From Octopus vulgaris (taxonomy: Eukaryota), in the NCBI GenBank assembly GCA_951406725.2, contig OX597817.1:79980001-80044000 (forward strand): a stretch of 64,000 nt of DNA, given 5' to 3'. The stretch's first letter is position 1; each line of letters opens with the position of its first letter. Shown here piece by piece: positions 1 through 13,647 of the stretch. A program made the translations under genes and the position numbers. The notes below the pieces were generated by a model. The model ran no database searches, was not told the DNA's origin, and saw nothing but the letters and a program-made list of their open reading frames with translations.

Positions 1-124
1 ACACAAAAAATTCCTATAAAATATGTACTATTCTTAAACTTCTGCACACTAACATTTTTCTTTTTCATTTTGTTTGTTGCATTCAACCAAGTGCTTATCT
101 TTTACTGTTTATATCTATTTCTTT

Positions 125-125
125 A

Positions 126-166
<41 letters not shown>

Positions 167-206
167 GCATGTATATGTATTTATGTATTTATACACATAT
201 ATTTAC

Positions 207-244
<38 letters not shown>

Positions 245-284
245 GTAAATATATGTGTATAAATACATAAATACATATACATGC

Positions 285-321
<37 letters not shown>

Positions 322-473
322 TAAAGAAATAGATATAAACATTATTATTAGAGACATATATTTACATATACATATATATATACTTATATATATATATACT
401 TATGTATATATACATATACATATATACTTATATATATATATATACATATATACATATATATATACATATATAC

Positions 474-507
<34 letters not shown>

Positions 508-650
508 GAGAGAGAGATATATACCTATATATACTTATATACATATACATATATATATAAATATATATAGTTATATATATATATATCCTTATGCATGTAT
601 AAATATACTTGTGTGTGTGTGTGTGTGTGTGTATGTGTACATATATATAA
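125..650. repeat. Compound (TA)n/(TACA)n/(GA)n/(TG)n microsatellite block; representative of dozens of similar blocks, e.g. 3090-3620, 3860-4390, 8310-8700, 11420-11660, 37920-39130, 39780-41580, 44010-44520, 50230-50800, 58600-58845
   Basis: Directly visible dinucleotide runs; they generate the YI/HT/CV low-complexity ORFs in the track. Confidence 0.97.
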
Positions 651-1350
651 GTATAAGTTCTTGCATATTTGTATATATGTCATTTCAATCTTAATTCAAA
701 CCAATTTTTGTTCCTTTCTTCCACATTTTGCAAAGCTATTTCATCATGTTTTTTTTTTATATATATTTCTAGCATATCTCGTTAAAAACTTGCAAGAATT
801 AAAAAACAGAAGTATCATGTAAACCAAACCATATGTTAACATTCTTTAACATCGAATTTAACGTTTGTTCTGTAAATGTACATTTGACTGTTTCATATTT
901 CAGTGAAAAATAATCAGCTTTGCATTTCATGTATTGTGTGCATTATTCTAACTAAAACAGTTGATGACAGATTAGTTAAGTTGTTGTTGATCTGCTTCTG
1001 GATATCTGAAAGATTTATATTGAACCACTATGGTCATGATTTATGCTGTCTAGCTCAGTGATTCTTATTATAAATAAGTACCATGATGTATGTATAGTTT
1101 ATCAATATGTAATAACACAAACATTGTATAATCAATTATAACGTGTGTAGGTTAGTAGAACTGAATTCACACCTTCTGTTCTATGTAAAGGAGACAAGGA
1201 GAACCAACACTAAAACATTTGTTCAGAATTAAGTCATTAGCAGTCTTGATTTGTTTTGTAATTCAACACAGAGCCTAATTGTGGTTTCAAACTGCATCTG
1301 TTTACTAACAGTAAAGACAGTTCCATCTCAATTCAAACTCATCATAGATA

Positions 1351-1563
1351 CTCTTTTTCTTTTACTCTTTTACTTGTTTCAGTCATTTGACTGCGGCCAT
1401 GCTGGAGCACCACCTTTAGTCGAGCAAATCGGCCCCGGGACTTATTCTTTGTAAGCCCAGTACTTATTCATCGGTCTCTTTTGCCGAACCGCTAAGTGAC
1501 GGGGACGTAAACACACCAGCATCGGTTGTCAAGCAATGCTAGGGGACAAACACAAACACACAA

Positions 1564-1608
<45 letters not shown>

Positions 1609-1769
1609 CGACAGGCTTCTTTCAGTTTCCGTCTACCAAATCCACTCACAAGGCATTGGTCGGCCCGGGGCTATAGCAGAAGACACTTGCCCAAGATGCC
1701 ACGCAATGGGACTGAACCTGGAACCATGTGGTTGGTTAGCAAACTACTTACCACACAGCCACTCCTGCG
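1351..1769 (-). mobile_element. tRNA-derived SINE family A, full length (~410 bp), with internal (TA)n(TG)n tract and (GTAAAAGA)n tail
   Basis: Minus strand begins CGCAGGAGTGGCTGTGTGGTAAG (A-box-like), then GGTTCAGTCCC (B-box-like) and a CORE-like TTGGGCAAGTG; more than ten homologous copies in this window. Confidence 0.9.
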
Positions 1770-2292
1770 TATGTGCTAACAAAAATTCAGTTTGAAAAAT
1801 CAGGCACTCCATAATCCTGAAGAAGGAAAATTTGGGCCCACAACATGAGCTAGAAATAGCACTGAAGAACAAAGTTTAAACTTTAACAAGCTGCATAACA
1901 ATGCAAAGCAGTTAGTAAAATATATCTTGTTTTTTTTTTTATGCTTCTGTAAAATTTCTTTTGAAAAATCCTGCACATATTTTATTCAATAAAATTTTTC
2001 ATATGCTAACTGTTTGGTAAAATGCAATTTTCTTTCATTCTAAAACTCACTCACAGAAAACCAACACTAATATTTCCTCAGTGAAATGTATTATATGCAA
2101 ACACTTAAGTTTGTATCTTTAATTCATATATACATGTATTCTTTTATTCTTTAACATGTCTTACTCATTTGACTGTAGCCATGCTGGAGCATCACATTTA
2201 AGAGTTTTAGTCTAAGAAATCAACCCCAGAACTTATCCTTTGTAAGCCTAGAGCTCATTCTATTGATCTCTTTTGCCAAACCATTAAGTTAT

Positions 2293-2755
2293 ACAGAGGG
2301 GACAAAATACAAAGGAGAGCTTTTCTTTTTGAGAAGGAAAACAAAAGGAAAGGGTAGAATTTCGATCAAAAGGGATTGTGAAAAAAAAAAAGATGGGGAA
2401 GCCGATCAATAGGGATCGTGTATCACACAAATGTCATAGTGTAAAATACGAAACAAATTAGGTTTATCTGTGGAAAGAAAAGCCTACGGAAAAGACCATG
2501 GTAACCTTGGGCAATAATGTCAAGCAAAAAACACATTACAGTAAGTGACTCTCTTTTTTCCTTTCTTTCTCTGGTTCATAGGACCATGCTCAAGGTGGCT
2601 CCATCATTCACACATGTCATCCTTGTTACATTTACCCATCTTCTTTTGAAACATTCACTGATTATTCAATAAGGGAAGTATGATTAATTTAACTTAATTA
2701 TAGGTGGGCAACCTGCAGTGATAGTGTTCTGTAGCATTCTAAAGTGTACAATGCC
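2293..2755 (-). mobile_element. Tx1/L1-derived 3' element (ORF2 C-terminus plus 3' UTR); inverted relative to the copy at 6556-7045
   Basis: Reverse complement aligns with 6556-7013; translates SECFKRRWVNVTRMTCVNDGATL, homologous to the ORF2 end at 9950-10011. Abuts a truncated SINE-A (2140-2292). Confidence 0.75.
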
Positions 2756-3885
2756 TACACTATAAATGAAAATTAGACTCTAAAATTATCACTCATTTTC
2801 ATCAACAAGAAAATAGTTCACATCATTTAAAACTTCCTGGTTTGGTAACACCCATTTTACTTTTAAGATTTCACACTACAAGCTTTCCAGGGTATTTTCC
2901 TAATCATGGGATATTATATTAATAAAACAACTGTGTTTGGCTTTATCATTTCATTAAGTTTTTTTTTTTCTTCCTAGTTCTTTGAGTATATTTGGAAGTG
3001 TGGTTCCCAAATCAATCATTAATGTTGCAAAAATTCATATATTCATCTTCTGAATAAATTGAATTATGCTTCCATGTGTTGTTTTTAACATATATATATA
3101 CACATATATATGTGTACATTCACACACACACAAACAAACACACACATGTGTGTATGCATATATATGTGTGTGTGTGTGTGTGTATATATATATGTATACA
3201 TATAGATATCTATATACATACGTATATACTTATATTTATACTAATATCTATTGAGATAGATATCTATCTATTTAACTGTCTAGTTGTATATTATATACAT
3301 ATAAACATAGGTATATTTGAGGTATATTTAAATACACATATGCACGCGTGTGTGTGTATTTGTGTGTGTGTGTATATGCATGAGTGTATATATGCATGTA
3401 TGTATGTATTTATATATATATATATACACATGCACACGCACACACTCACATAAAAATACATATATTTATATAAATGAGTGTATACATATATATGTATGTA
3501 TTTATTATACACACAGATTCAGTTACACTTACATGTAAGCACGTATACAAACATATTCACATGCATATGTACACATATATACATACATACATACATATGT
3601 ATGTGTATATATTTACACATAAACATTTGGCATAGATGTTTAGGCTGTAGGTTTATTTAGCAGTGCTAGGAGATTAATAAAATTCAAACTGCAGACAGCG
3701 CCAGACAGAGTTCAATAATAATCAAATTCTTCTTAACCTGTTCAAAGAGAATCAGGAGTTAGGCGAGACAGAGAAGAATGGTAGTTATGATTAGGTCAGT
3801 TCACAAAAAATAGGCTTCCTTACTGGAGTGATGATACCCATATTAGTACAGCCTAATATTTATTATATATACATATACATGCATA

Positions 3886-3920
<35 letters not shown>

Positions 3921-4057
3921 GCATACACACATTCTCACAAACACACACACATATATATATATACACCCCAAAACACATTATGCATACAAATATACATACC
4001 TATATATGTATATATATGTGTTTATGAGTATGTATGCTTCTGTATATGTGTGTGAGC

Positions 4058-4104
<47 letters not shown>

Positions 4105-4195
4105 TGTATATACATTTCTATAGATTCTATACCAACATGACCACAACTTCGCAGGCTGTATTAAGATACATACACACATACATATACAGACATAC

Positions 4196-4246
<51 letters not shown>

Positions 4247-4768
4247 GCCTGTGTGTGTATACATATTTATTTATATGTCTGTGTATATATATGTATATAT
4301 ATTTATATATGTGGTGTGTGTGTATATATATATATGTATGTATGTGTGTGTGTGTGTGTAGATATATATATATATATATATATATATACCTGTACACACC
4401 CACATTCACATATCTGGATGTTTGTGACATGTCTATGCCCATGTAATCATCGTTGATATTGTGACCATCGAAAAAGCAAACAGAAATGTCACCGCTGTAA
4501 GGAAAATATAAAACAATTTGAAAATTTAACATTTTTATGTTGATAAGTGCACAATGCAACCCTGAATATGTTTAAGTCTCAGTCAATTCTCTGAATTATC
4601 CATCGATTCCATAGTACCTACAATTATTGTGATAAGATAAGCACTAAGTAAATGTTTATGTCTATTTGCTAATGCTGATTTAGTTTCATTTTTTTTATTT
4701 ATGGAGGTGTTGCCTCTGAGCAATTAACTATTGTAGATGCTAATTTGTACAATATATATATATAAAAG

Positions 4769-5001
4769 AAGGTGGCGAGCTGGCAGAAACGTTAGCACGC
4801 CGGGCAAAATGCTTAGCGATATTTCGTCTGTTGTTACAATCTGAGTTCAAATTCCACCGAGGTCGACTTTGCCTTTCATCCTCTCAGGGTCGATGAATAA
4901 AGTACCAGTTTCACACTGGGGTCGATGTAATCGACTTAATCCCTTTGTCTGTCCTTGTTTGTCTCCTCTATGTTTAGTCCCTTGTGGATAGTAAAGAAAT
5001 A
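4769..5001 (+). mobile_element. tRNA-type SINE family B (~230 bp)
   Basis: Head GGTGGCGAGCTGGCAGAAACGTTAGC, B-box GAGTTCAAATTCC, central GTCGACTTTGCCTTTCATCC...GGTCGATGAATAAAGTACCAG, tail ...CCCTTGTGGATAGTAAAGAAAT. Other copies at about 5080-5220, 7060-7170(-), 7650-7890, 15710-15830, 31860-32080, 33516-33615(-), 36150-36260(-), 43580-43770, 61880-62600. Confidence 0.85.
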
Positions 5002-5537
5002 TATATATATATATAAAATGAAAAATACACAATGTGTACAGGACATCACCATAAGAATTTAAAAGAATTATTTGCATTTTGAATTCACATCTCATCAAGA
5101 CCAACTTTGCTTTTCACCATTTCAGGTTCGATAAAATAAAATACCAATTAAGTACTAGTGTTGACTAACCTGTTCCCTACAAAAATTATTGGTCTTGAGC
5201 CTCATTCAGAAACCATTGGACCAAATTCAGAAACCAGATTTTAGAATATGAAATGGTGGAGATTTGACTACTGTTTCTAAATGGACATGTAACCCTGTAG
5301 AAAAAAGTTTCTTTCTTTTTTGTTAGTAGAAAATTTCAGTCCAGATGTCAGGAAGTCTACATTATAAAAAAGTGTACTTCTAAGCCTATTTTTTGTTGTA
5401 AAATATAATTATTTAGTACTCAAAAAAAGTACATCTAAGAAAATATAAAGAAGTGAGACATTCAAAATTTTTTTATTGGTTAGATGTCCCAGAAATTTTA
5501 ATGAAAATTAATATTTTATCTGTATGTATACATATAT

Positions 5538-5579
<42 letters not shown>

Positions 5580-5989
5580 ATATTTCGGAATGGTCATATT
5601 GCCAGTTTAGCCAATATATATATATATATTCTCTTTTGGAACATTGGATCTTGAGACAAATAAGCTACAAATAATAGTGTGTAAATGTTGAGTTAAAAAT
5701 CCCATTCTTGGTGAAATTATTTGAGATTTCCATGTATTAAGCAAGACTGAAATTAACTTGAATGCATAATTTTGTGTGCATATTACTAAGATGGCTAGAT
5801 TCTTAAGTCAATCAGAACAAGGGGAAAGGAAACCATGTTAATTCTATAGGGAGCATTCGTTCTCAATCACCTAGACGACTTCTCCTGATTATGTTTACCA
5901 TAAAGCACCAAACTAACCATGGAGCTTGAGGCAATCCAACAAAGATTGCTTCATATGAACTGATGACAATCCAACAAAGAGTGCTTCAC

Positions 5990-6400
5990 ATGAGCTGCTG
6001 GCATTCCAACAGAAAGTGCAACATATGAGCTACAGGAAGAGGCTGAAAGAACTGAGTCTCTACTCTGCTCTCCAAAGAGCAGATCCAAAAAATATGCAGT
6101 GGTGAGTGTGTGTGTAAAAGGTCCTGAAGACTCTAGCATCTAACTTTGGGATTGAAAGTTATAGCAATACTTCAACCTGATGCCATTGTATAGTATCAAA
6201 GATCCTGCACTCTTGATCTAAATATGGTAACATCTTAATGGTCAAGGGTCCACATTGTTTCAATACCTTGCCAAAAAACTTCAAAGATTTATGAGGCACT
6301 GATGTGGATGTGTTCAAAAAAACATTTGAACAAATTTCTATCTGAGATACTAGATGAAAACCACATTATTGCAAGAAGCACAGAGAAGGACAGCTTTGTT
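5990..6400 (+). pseudogene. Highly decayed CR1-like LINE ORF2 C-terminal fragment
   Basis: Frameshifted translation gives MSYRKRLKELSLYS, then GP..FNTLPKNFKDL and DVFKKHLNKFLSEILDE, resembling the CR1 end motifs Y.ERL..L.LYSL and FK..LDKFL. Confidence 0.6.
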
Positions 6401-6555
6401 CAAATCACTGCTTCACTGGATACAAATCCAAGAAGGTTGAGAAGTGAACTTGGAATATTTGTAAGTATTTCTGAAATTCACAATGAATTGAAAAGATAGC
6501 ATTTAAATAAAGTTAGCTCAAAAAATATTTTCCGATATACTGGTTTTTCGACAAA

Positions 6556-7045
6556 CATTGTACACTATTTAGAATGCTACACAGCACTATCACTGTAGGT
6601 TGTCCACCTCTAATTAAGTCGAATTAATCACATTTCCCTTATTGAATGATCAGTGAATGTTTCTAAAGAAGATAGGTAAATGTAGCAAGGATGACATGTG
6701 TGAATGACGGAGCCACCTTGAGAATAATCCTATGAACAAGAAAAAGAAAGGAAAAAAGAGAGTCACTTACTGTAATGTGTTTTTTGCTTGACATTATTGC
6801 CCACGGTTACTGTAGTCTTTTCCATAGGCTTTTCTTTCCACGGATAAAACTAATCTGTTTCCCATTTTACACTATGACATTTCTGTGATACATGATCCCT
6901 ATTGATTGACTCCCACCTTATTTTTCCTGATCCCTTTTGATTGAAATTCTACCCCCCCCTTTTTTTTTCCTTCCCCAAAAGAAAAGCTCTAGTTTGTATT
7001 TTGACCCCTCTGTGTTCAGCCCTGTGTGGCCATTAAAGAAACATA
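6556..7045 (+). mobile_element. Tx1/L1-derived 3' element, second copy
   Basis: VNVARMTCVNDGATLRIIL* followed by a 3' UTR ending GACCCCTCTGTGTTCAGCCCTGTGTGGCCATTAAAGAAAC. Confidence 0.75.
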
Positions 7046-8392
7046 ATAGACTCTGAATGGGTAAAAGCAAAGTTGACACTGACAGAATTGAACCTGCAAT
7101 GTAGAGGGGTGAAGCTAAATACTGTATGAATTTTCAGTCCACATTTTATCCCATCTGCCAAACTGCTGTCCAGATAAATGAAGCTATATGAATTGTCAGT
7201 TGTCATCTACAGTCCAGAGCCCACCTCAATCCTCATCAACCAATACCAATCACAAAGACTATCTGTTAACATGACATTATTAACAATTAACAAGAGGGAG
7301 GCATTGACATGGTAGATCAACCTGCTAGAAATGCCAGTCAAATCATCAACAAATATCACATTAGTAACTTATAATAGGAGCAATTATGTAAGTTAATGTT
7401 GTTCTGGAGACATAATCAGAATGGAACGAGATTGCTAGACTGGTCAGGTCATCGTTCAGATCAGTCAGATCTCACCTGGTACCAAACAACCACAACAACA
7501 ACAACTACCTAAACTATAACAAGGGTTTTCCTAAAACAACACCACCATCATCATCATCATTATCATGACCATTTACATCAGTAGCAGCAGCATTGTTAAC
7601 ATCAGGAAACGACTGAGCCTGAAAAGGGTGGTAAAGTGGGGGAACCATTACAGCATCAGAAAAATTACCTAACTTTATTGATTCCAATTTTTTATGTTCT
7701 GAGTTCAAATCCCACCTTTCATCCGTTTGGGATGAACTCAAATCTTCACCTTTCATCCATTTGGGATGAACTCAAATCTTCACCTTTCATCCATTTGGGA
7801 TGGATAAAATAAAGTACCAGTTAAATATTGGGGGTGTAAATGGTATTGCTTGATACACTCCTCCCAAAGTTATTGGCCTTGTTCTTTAATCAAAAGCTAT
7901 AATTAGTATCATTTTTTCCTAAGACTGACATGAAATAGATGCACTCAATCTGAGGCCCTTGCTACCACAGTCATTAGCTATATTTCATCATCACCATCAT
8001 CATCATTGTTGTCATCATCATCAAAATCAACAATACCAATCATCACCCTATGGACTAACATCGCTACCACTACTCAGTTACAAAATAGGCAATGACAACA
8101 ACAATAACCTCGGCAACAACAAAAGAGACCTAATGTTTCAACATTGTTACTTCTAATGCACAAAGGGATTTTAAATGTAATTAAAATCCTTTTATCTGAT
8201 CGATATAAATTGATGAATAAGTAGAGGCAAACATGCACAGCACACACACACACACACACACATAAATGCATGTGTGCTTAAGTAAACATATATATAAAGT
8301 AGAAGAGGGTATATATATGTGTGTATATATATGTATATATATATAATTTATATTTATGTGTATACATATATATGTATGTATATATATATATG

Positions 8393-8442
<50 letters not shown>

Positions 8443-9238
8443 CATACACAAATATATATAAGTATTTATGACTATATAAATATAAATATATGTATAGATA
8501 TTTACCACACATACATACACACATATGTATATATACACACATGCATGTATACACATGTACATATATACTTATGTACATATATATACACACATGCATATTT
8601 GTATGTATTTCTGAACATATACTTATAAGTGTGTGTGCAGATGCATGTGTGTCATCTGTTCCTCTATGTGTGTGTGTCTATGTATGTGTGTGTATATTTA
8701 GACAGAAAAAAACATGGAGTCAACTACGTAAATAATGGTCATGACATATTTTTCCTTTATCAGAGTAAATTTGGCTTACAGTCGTTTCCAGTAGTCATTA
8801 TAAGTATGTTACTGATAGCTTTACTCAATTTTTCTCAGCTGATCAATAAACCAATTGAGGAAACCTAACAATAAAGTACCTGGAAACAGCTGTAACCCAA
8901 ATTTACTCTCATAAAAGAAAGATATGTAATACCATTATTTATACCTTGTGTGTGTGTGTTTGTGTGTGTGTGTGTGAAGAATAATTCAGGTAAAAACCTT
9001 GTAATGTGCATTCAAGAGCTCTTCTGCCATTGTTTGGCTACCACATGTTATTCTACAGTAGGATATTTGCCAGGGCTGGATACACATGTGGTACTCCTCT
9101 GTTCATAAGATTAATATAAGAATAACATAACACAAGGATGAAGAATATCAGGCCTTAAAAGTAGATCATTACAAATCATATTCCATCCAATGAAGCACCC
9201 ACACACGGTTGTTCCTGAAAAATATTCAACGATATATA

Positions 9239-9646
9239 GGCGTAGGAGTGGCTGTATGGTAAGTAACTTGCTTAACAACCACATGGTTCTGGGCTCAGTC
9301 CCACTGCCTGGCACCTTGGGCAAGTGTCTTCTACCATAGCTTCAGGCCAACCAAAGCCTTGTGAGTGGATTTGGTAGACGGAAACTGAAAGAAGCCCATC
9401 GTATATATGTATATATATATATGTAGGTATGTGTGTCTGTGTTTGCCCTCCCTCCACAACATCGCTTGACAACTGATGCTGGTGTGTTTACGTCCCCCAT
9501 AATTTAGCAGTTAGGCAAAAGAAACCGATAGAATAAGTACTTGGCTTACAAAGAATAAGTCCTGGGCTCGAATTGCTCGACTAAAGATGGTGCTCCAGCA
9601 TGGCCACAGTCAAATAACTGAAACAAGTAAAAGAGTAAAAGAGTAA
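9239..9646 (+). mobile_element. SINE family A, full length
   Basis: GGCGTAGGAGTGGCTG head through GTAAAAGAGTAAAAGAGTA tail; aligns with 1351-1769. Confidence 0.92.
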
Positions 9647-9744
9647 TATAGTAATTATAAAAATATAATCTTGTATTATTTTTTTATTCAGTTTGCGAGA
9701 ATTTTGATGTGAACTCCTGAGTTGAAACAGTGTGTTGTATTTCA

Positions 9745-10297
9745 GAAGGGTTTTTTAACCGGGAGGGCAAGGCAATTTTCCTTTGCCTTGTGGCTGTAGC
9801 GAAAGAGGTGATATGGTGGACCTGTTTGAAAGGGCTAAGGTCAGACACTTTCCTCTTTGGCCAAGGCCTCATCAACTTTTTTCAAGTTTCACTTGAAAAG
9901 GAAGATGAGAGTAGAGAGAGAAGTTATGTCTGGTAGCAAGTTTATTGAAAGGTGGGTGAATATTGCAAGAATGGCCAGTATGAACGGACCAATTCTGAGG
10001 ATACACCTGTGAAAATTAAAAGGAAATATAAAAGGAGAAAGGGGCTCTCTACCCGGCTTTTGACCAGGCTCCTGTGGCTTTTATGGGTTTTTCCACGACT
10101 AACCTTTCGAAGCGTCTCCCTCTATTGGGAGTTTTAATTGTTACTTACATTTCGTTGTAATCCTGCTTTTGTACATGGATTTTTTCAAACAGACAAAGCC
10201 CTTTGTAAATTTCGTCCTGTGTTTTGTCCCTTTATGTTTTAATTGATTTTTGTTAGCCCTTGTGACAAATAAACAAACGAATTATTACAAAAAAAAA
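9745..10297 (+). mobile_element. 5'-truncated Tx1-like (L1 clade) LINE: ORF2 C-terminus, 3' UTR, AATAAA and A-rich tail
   Basis: FNREGKAIFLCLVAVAKEVIWWTCLKG..LINFF, frameshift in a T-run, KFHLKRKMRVEREVMSGSKFIERWVNIARMASMNGPILRIHL*; fits the Tx1 ORF2 end pattern (AK..IW..R ... F..RW); AATAAA near 10268. Confidence 0.7.
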
Positions 10298-10753
10298 AAC
10301 ATTCACTGGTTCAATTTCACTTTTATTATAATCATTGATAGTCAATTCATAAATGTTTACCCAATTAACAATCCAATTGCTTGCTCAGTCATCCAGATCA
10401 TCAAGCAATCAGCTAGGCTTCTCCTAGTATCTTTCATTATCATCCACGACTTCATCAATGATATGCCCTCTCTACTCCAGGTCTACTTCAAGTCTGTCTG
10501 CCTCAAACAGACCTGAAACAGATTAACCTACATAGATTAGAAACTCTTCAAGCATTTATAAGAAAGATTGGGCAGAAAGGTTTGGCTACCTATGACGGCA
10601 GTGACACAAGAGCTCAGACCATCTATGCAATTTTTCTGAGATGTTTTTTCCACATCTAAAACTCCTCAGAATATGAAGTGCAAGAATATGAAGTGCAAGA
10701 CCAATCAGATCATCATCTAATTCTGCCTAGCCAGTTCACATCTACAATGACAA

Positions 10754-10839
<86 letters not shown>

Positions 10840-10888
10840 ATAGTAGTAGTAGTAGTAGTAGTGGCAGCAGCGGTAGCTGTAGTAGTAA
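10754..10888 (+). repeat. (AGT)n trinucleotide microsatellite
   Basis: Visible run; source of the poly-Val ORF. Confidence 0.97.
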
Positions 10889-11238
10889 CTAAAATCTCCT
10901 GGTTAGCTCTGATAGAGCGCTCTTGTGGTCCCCAAGCATTCCATTCATGACTATTCCTTCAGTGACTATTTTTTCAGACATAATCTATTCGGGATTATAT
11001 TATCCAGTATGACCTTCCATATAAGAAGACAGGGAAATGGGAAGAGAGAGAGAGAGAGAGAGAGAGAGGAAGATTTAGTTACTAGTTATTGGGAAAAACA
11101 AAAGAAAAACAGTCTGAGCAACTACATGGACACTCCCTTGTTGGCCGCTTCTGTGATTATATGAGTACAGACACACACAAACACACACACTCGCACACAC
11201 ACACATACACGCATGCATACATGCACACATACAGATAT

Positions 11239-11303
<65 letters not shown>

Positions 11304-11461
11304 TGTGTGCATATATAAATATACCAATTTGCACATCCAGCTTGGATGGGTTGTTAGGAACACTATAGACTAAGGCAATCATCCTGAAGAATCACCTCGT
11401 ATAGACATCAAGTATAGACGTATAGACATATATATATGTATGCATGCACATGTGTGTATAT

Positions 11462-11536
<75 letters not shown>

Positions 11537-11579
11537 GAGAGAGAGATAGACAGATATAGATATATATTGTATGTGTATG

Positions 11580-11610
<31 letters not shown>

Positions 11611-12126
11611 GTTTATGTATATATTGTATGTATATATATATTATATGTATGTGTGTGTATAAATGTATAGACCAAAGAACAAAAGCCAATAATTTCTAAT
11701 GATTTCATTTTCCCCCAATGATTGCAGTCAATGGTCGGTAATTAAAGTTGTGTATTATCAAAAGAAGGATTTGACGATCAATGACCAATAACTGTCCGCA
11801 ATAATATCAATATGATAACAAAACATCCGACTTTGTATGCCACCCTTCTCGTTCCAACACGTTAACGTATATGCCATATTGTGTGTGTGTGTATGTGTGT
11901 GTGTGTATGTATGTGTGTGAGTGCATAGATAAACACATACATATGCATATATATAGATGCATTAAAATAAATATTTACATACATATCATATACTTATATA
12001 CACACACCAACACCCACATGGTCATATATATCAATATATATATATATTTATATATATATATACATATATAATATGTACATTACATTATAATATATTATAT
12101 ATATATTATTTATATAATATATATAT

Positions 12127-12181
<55 letters not shown>

Positions 12182-13647
12182 TTCATGTATATGTATGTTT
12201 ATCTTGAAATATATTTGTGTATAGCTGTATTTTTGTATATTCTATTATATATATATATAAACATGTCTGTTAATTTTGGCAGCAAAGATAATTTGGTCAG
12301 CATAAACTAAAACACAAACACACAATTACACACTCATTATACATACACAATGAAGCACACAGACATAAACATATAGATTTTCAATGTTAAAATTTCAAAT
12401 GTCAGTCTTCTATGTCCAAATATCTATAATTTTATCAGCCAATCTGTTTAGCCTTTCTGTTAAATTTCTTCATTCGAAAGCTACAAGAAAATTGCAGCAC
12501 AAAGACCAAAATATTGTTGGAATCAGCAAAACACTTTTCTATCTTAAACATGGTAAGGCATCAGATACATAATACCGCAAGTTGTAAACACTTCCATGAT
12601 CGGAAATTATTGAATCCATTAGTTGACTAAAACTTCTAGAAGTGCCTAAAATCTAAAATCAACAAACAAGAGAATTAAACTTAATGAAATTAGTTGATGG
12701 AAATTCGGTAATGTAAGAAATAAGGATAAGTGTTAGTCATGGACAGTACACTACTAAAACACTCAAAGCAGATTCTTTGAGGAGTGTCCTAACTAAAATT
12801 TGGCCAACATAAATCAACGCCATTTGTATATTGTCCAACTACACAATCAATGATGAAAATATCTGTTTACACTCCTACATGGTATATAAAACATGTATAG
12901 TACATGCAAGATATATCATTGGACAAATGCACTTATGGGTTAATGATTACCTGTTCTCTATTGTTTATTCTGTCAAAAACAATTTGGGAAATGCCTCACC
13001 CAATACACCTAGGTTTCTACTAAAGCCACAGAACAAAATATTGGGAAACTGAGAATAAAAGAGGTCATCTTAATTAGCAAGCTCAACCCATGTGTAAACA
13101 ACAGAACTGATCTACAACCAGCTGATTGGCTACAATAGTAATACTCTGTGCACGCAAAGCAACCCCTCACATACACACACACTGATCCCAAAACATTGAA
13201 ATATAAGGTAAAAGTACAAACTGTTGATTTGTATTATTCCTTATAATTTTAACTGCTTTGGCTTTAAAAAAAATTAAAAAGTATTTATATATGTACTTAG
13301 GTACATACATACATACATATTTATTATATCATACCTTGATCCTGTGTGAACTAAGATCCCCGTTGACAAGCTGCTGGTATTTATAGACTGTTAAACACTT
13401 TTGGTATGCAAATTAGGGACTCTGTCATAGAGTAACTGCTGCATTTGTTGAGTATATAAATAGTTTGACCGCTTGCTTCTCTGGAGACTATCAGAATGAT
13501 GTGCACACCTCTGATGAGAACCCAATAAATGATTAAGGTTGTTCATCAATTTTTTCGATCTGCGGAGAAATGGCTAAAATTTGCCCTGTTTATAATTATA
13601 CCATATGTTAGATATATATATGAATCTACCTAATTATATAAATATAT

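Noticed and set aside
3695-3780. Possible small coding exon (QRQTEFNNNQILLNLFKENQELGETEKN)
   Set aside because: AG/GT present, but no polypyrimidine tract, a weak donor, no partner exons and no recognisable homology.
9239-9315. tRNA genes at SINE heads
   Set aside because: A/B-box-like motifs are present, but I see no complete cloverleaf, and they continue into SINE bodies.
10390-10760. FINDMP motif suggesting a LINE RT remnant
   Set aside because: A single short motif without supporting neighbours.
13505-13590. CTGATGA...GAAA as a hammerhead
   Set aside because: No convincing stem II closure, stem III or cleavage triplet; at most a remnant.
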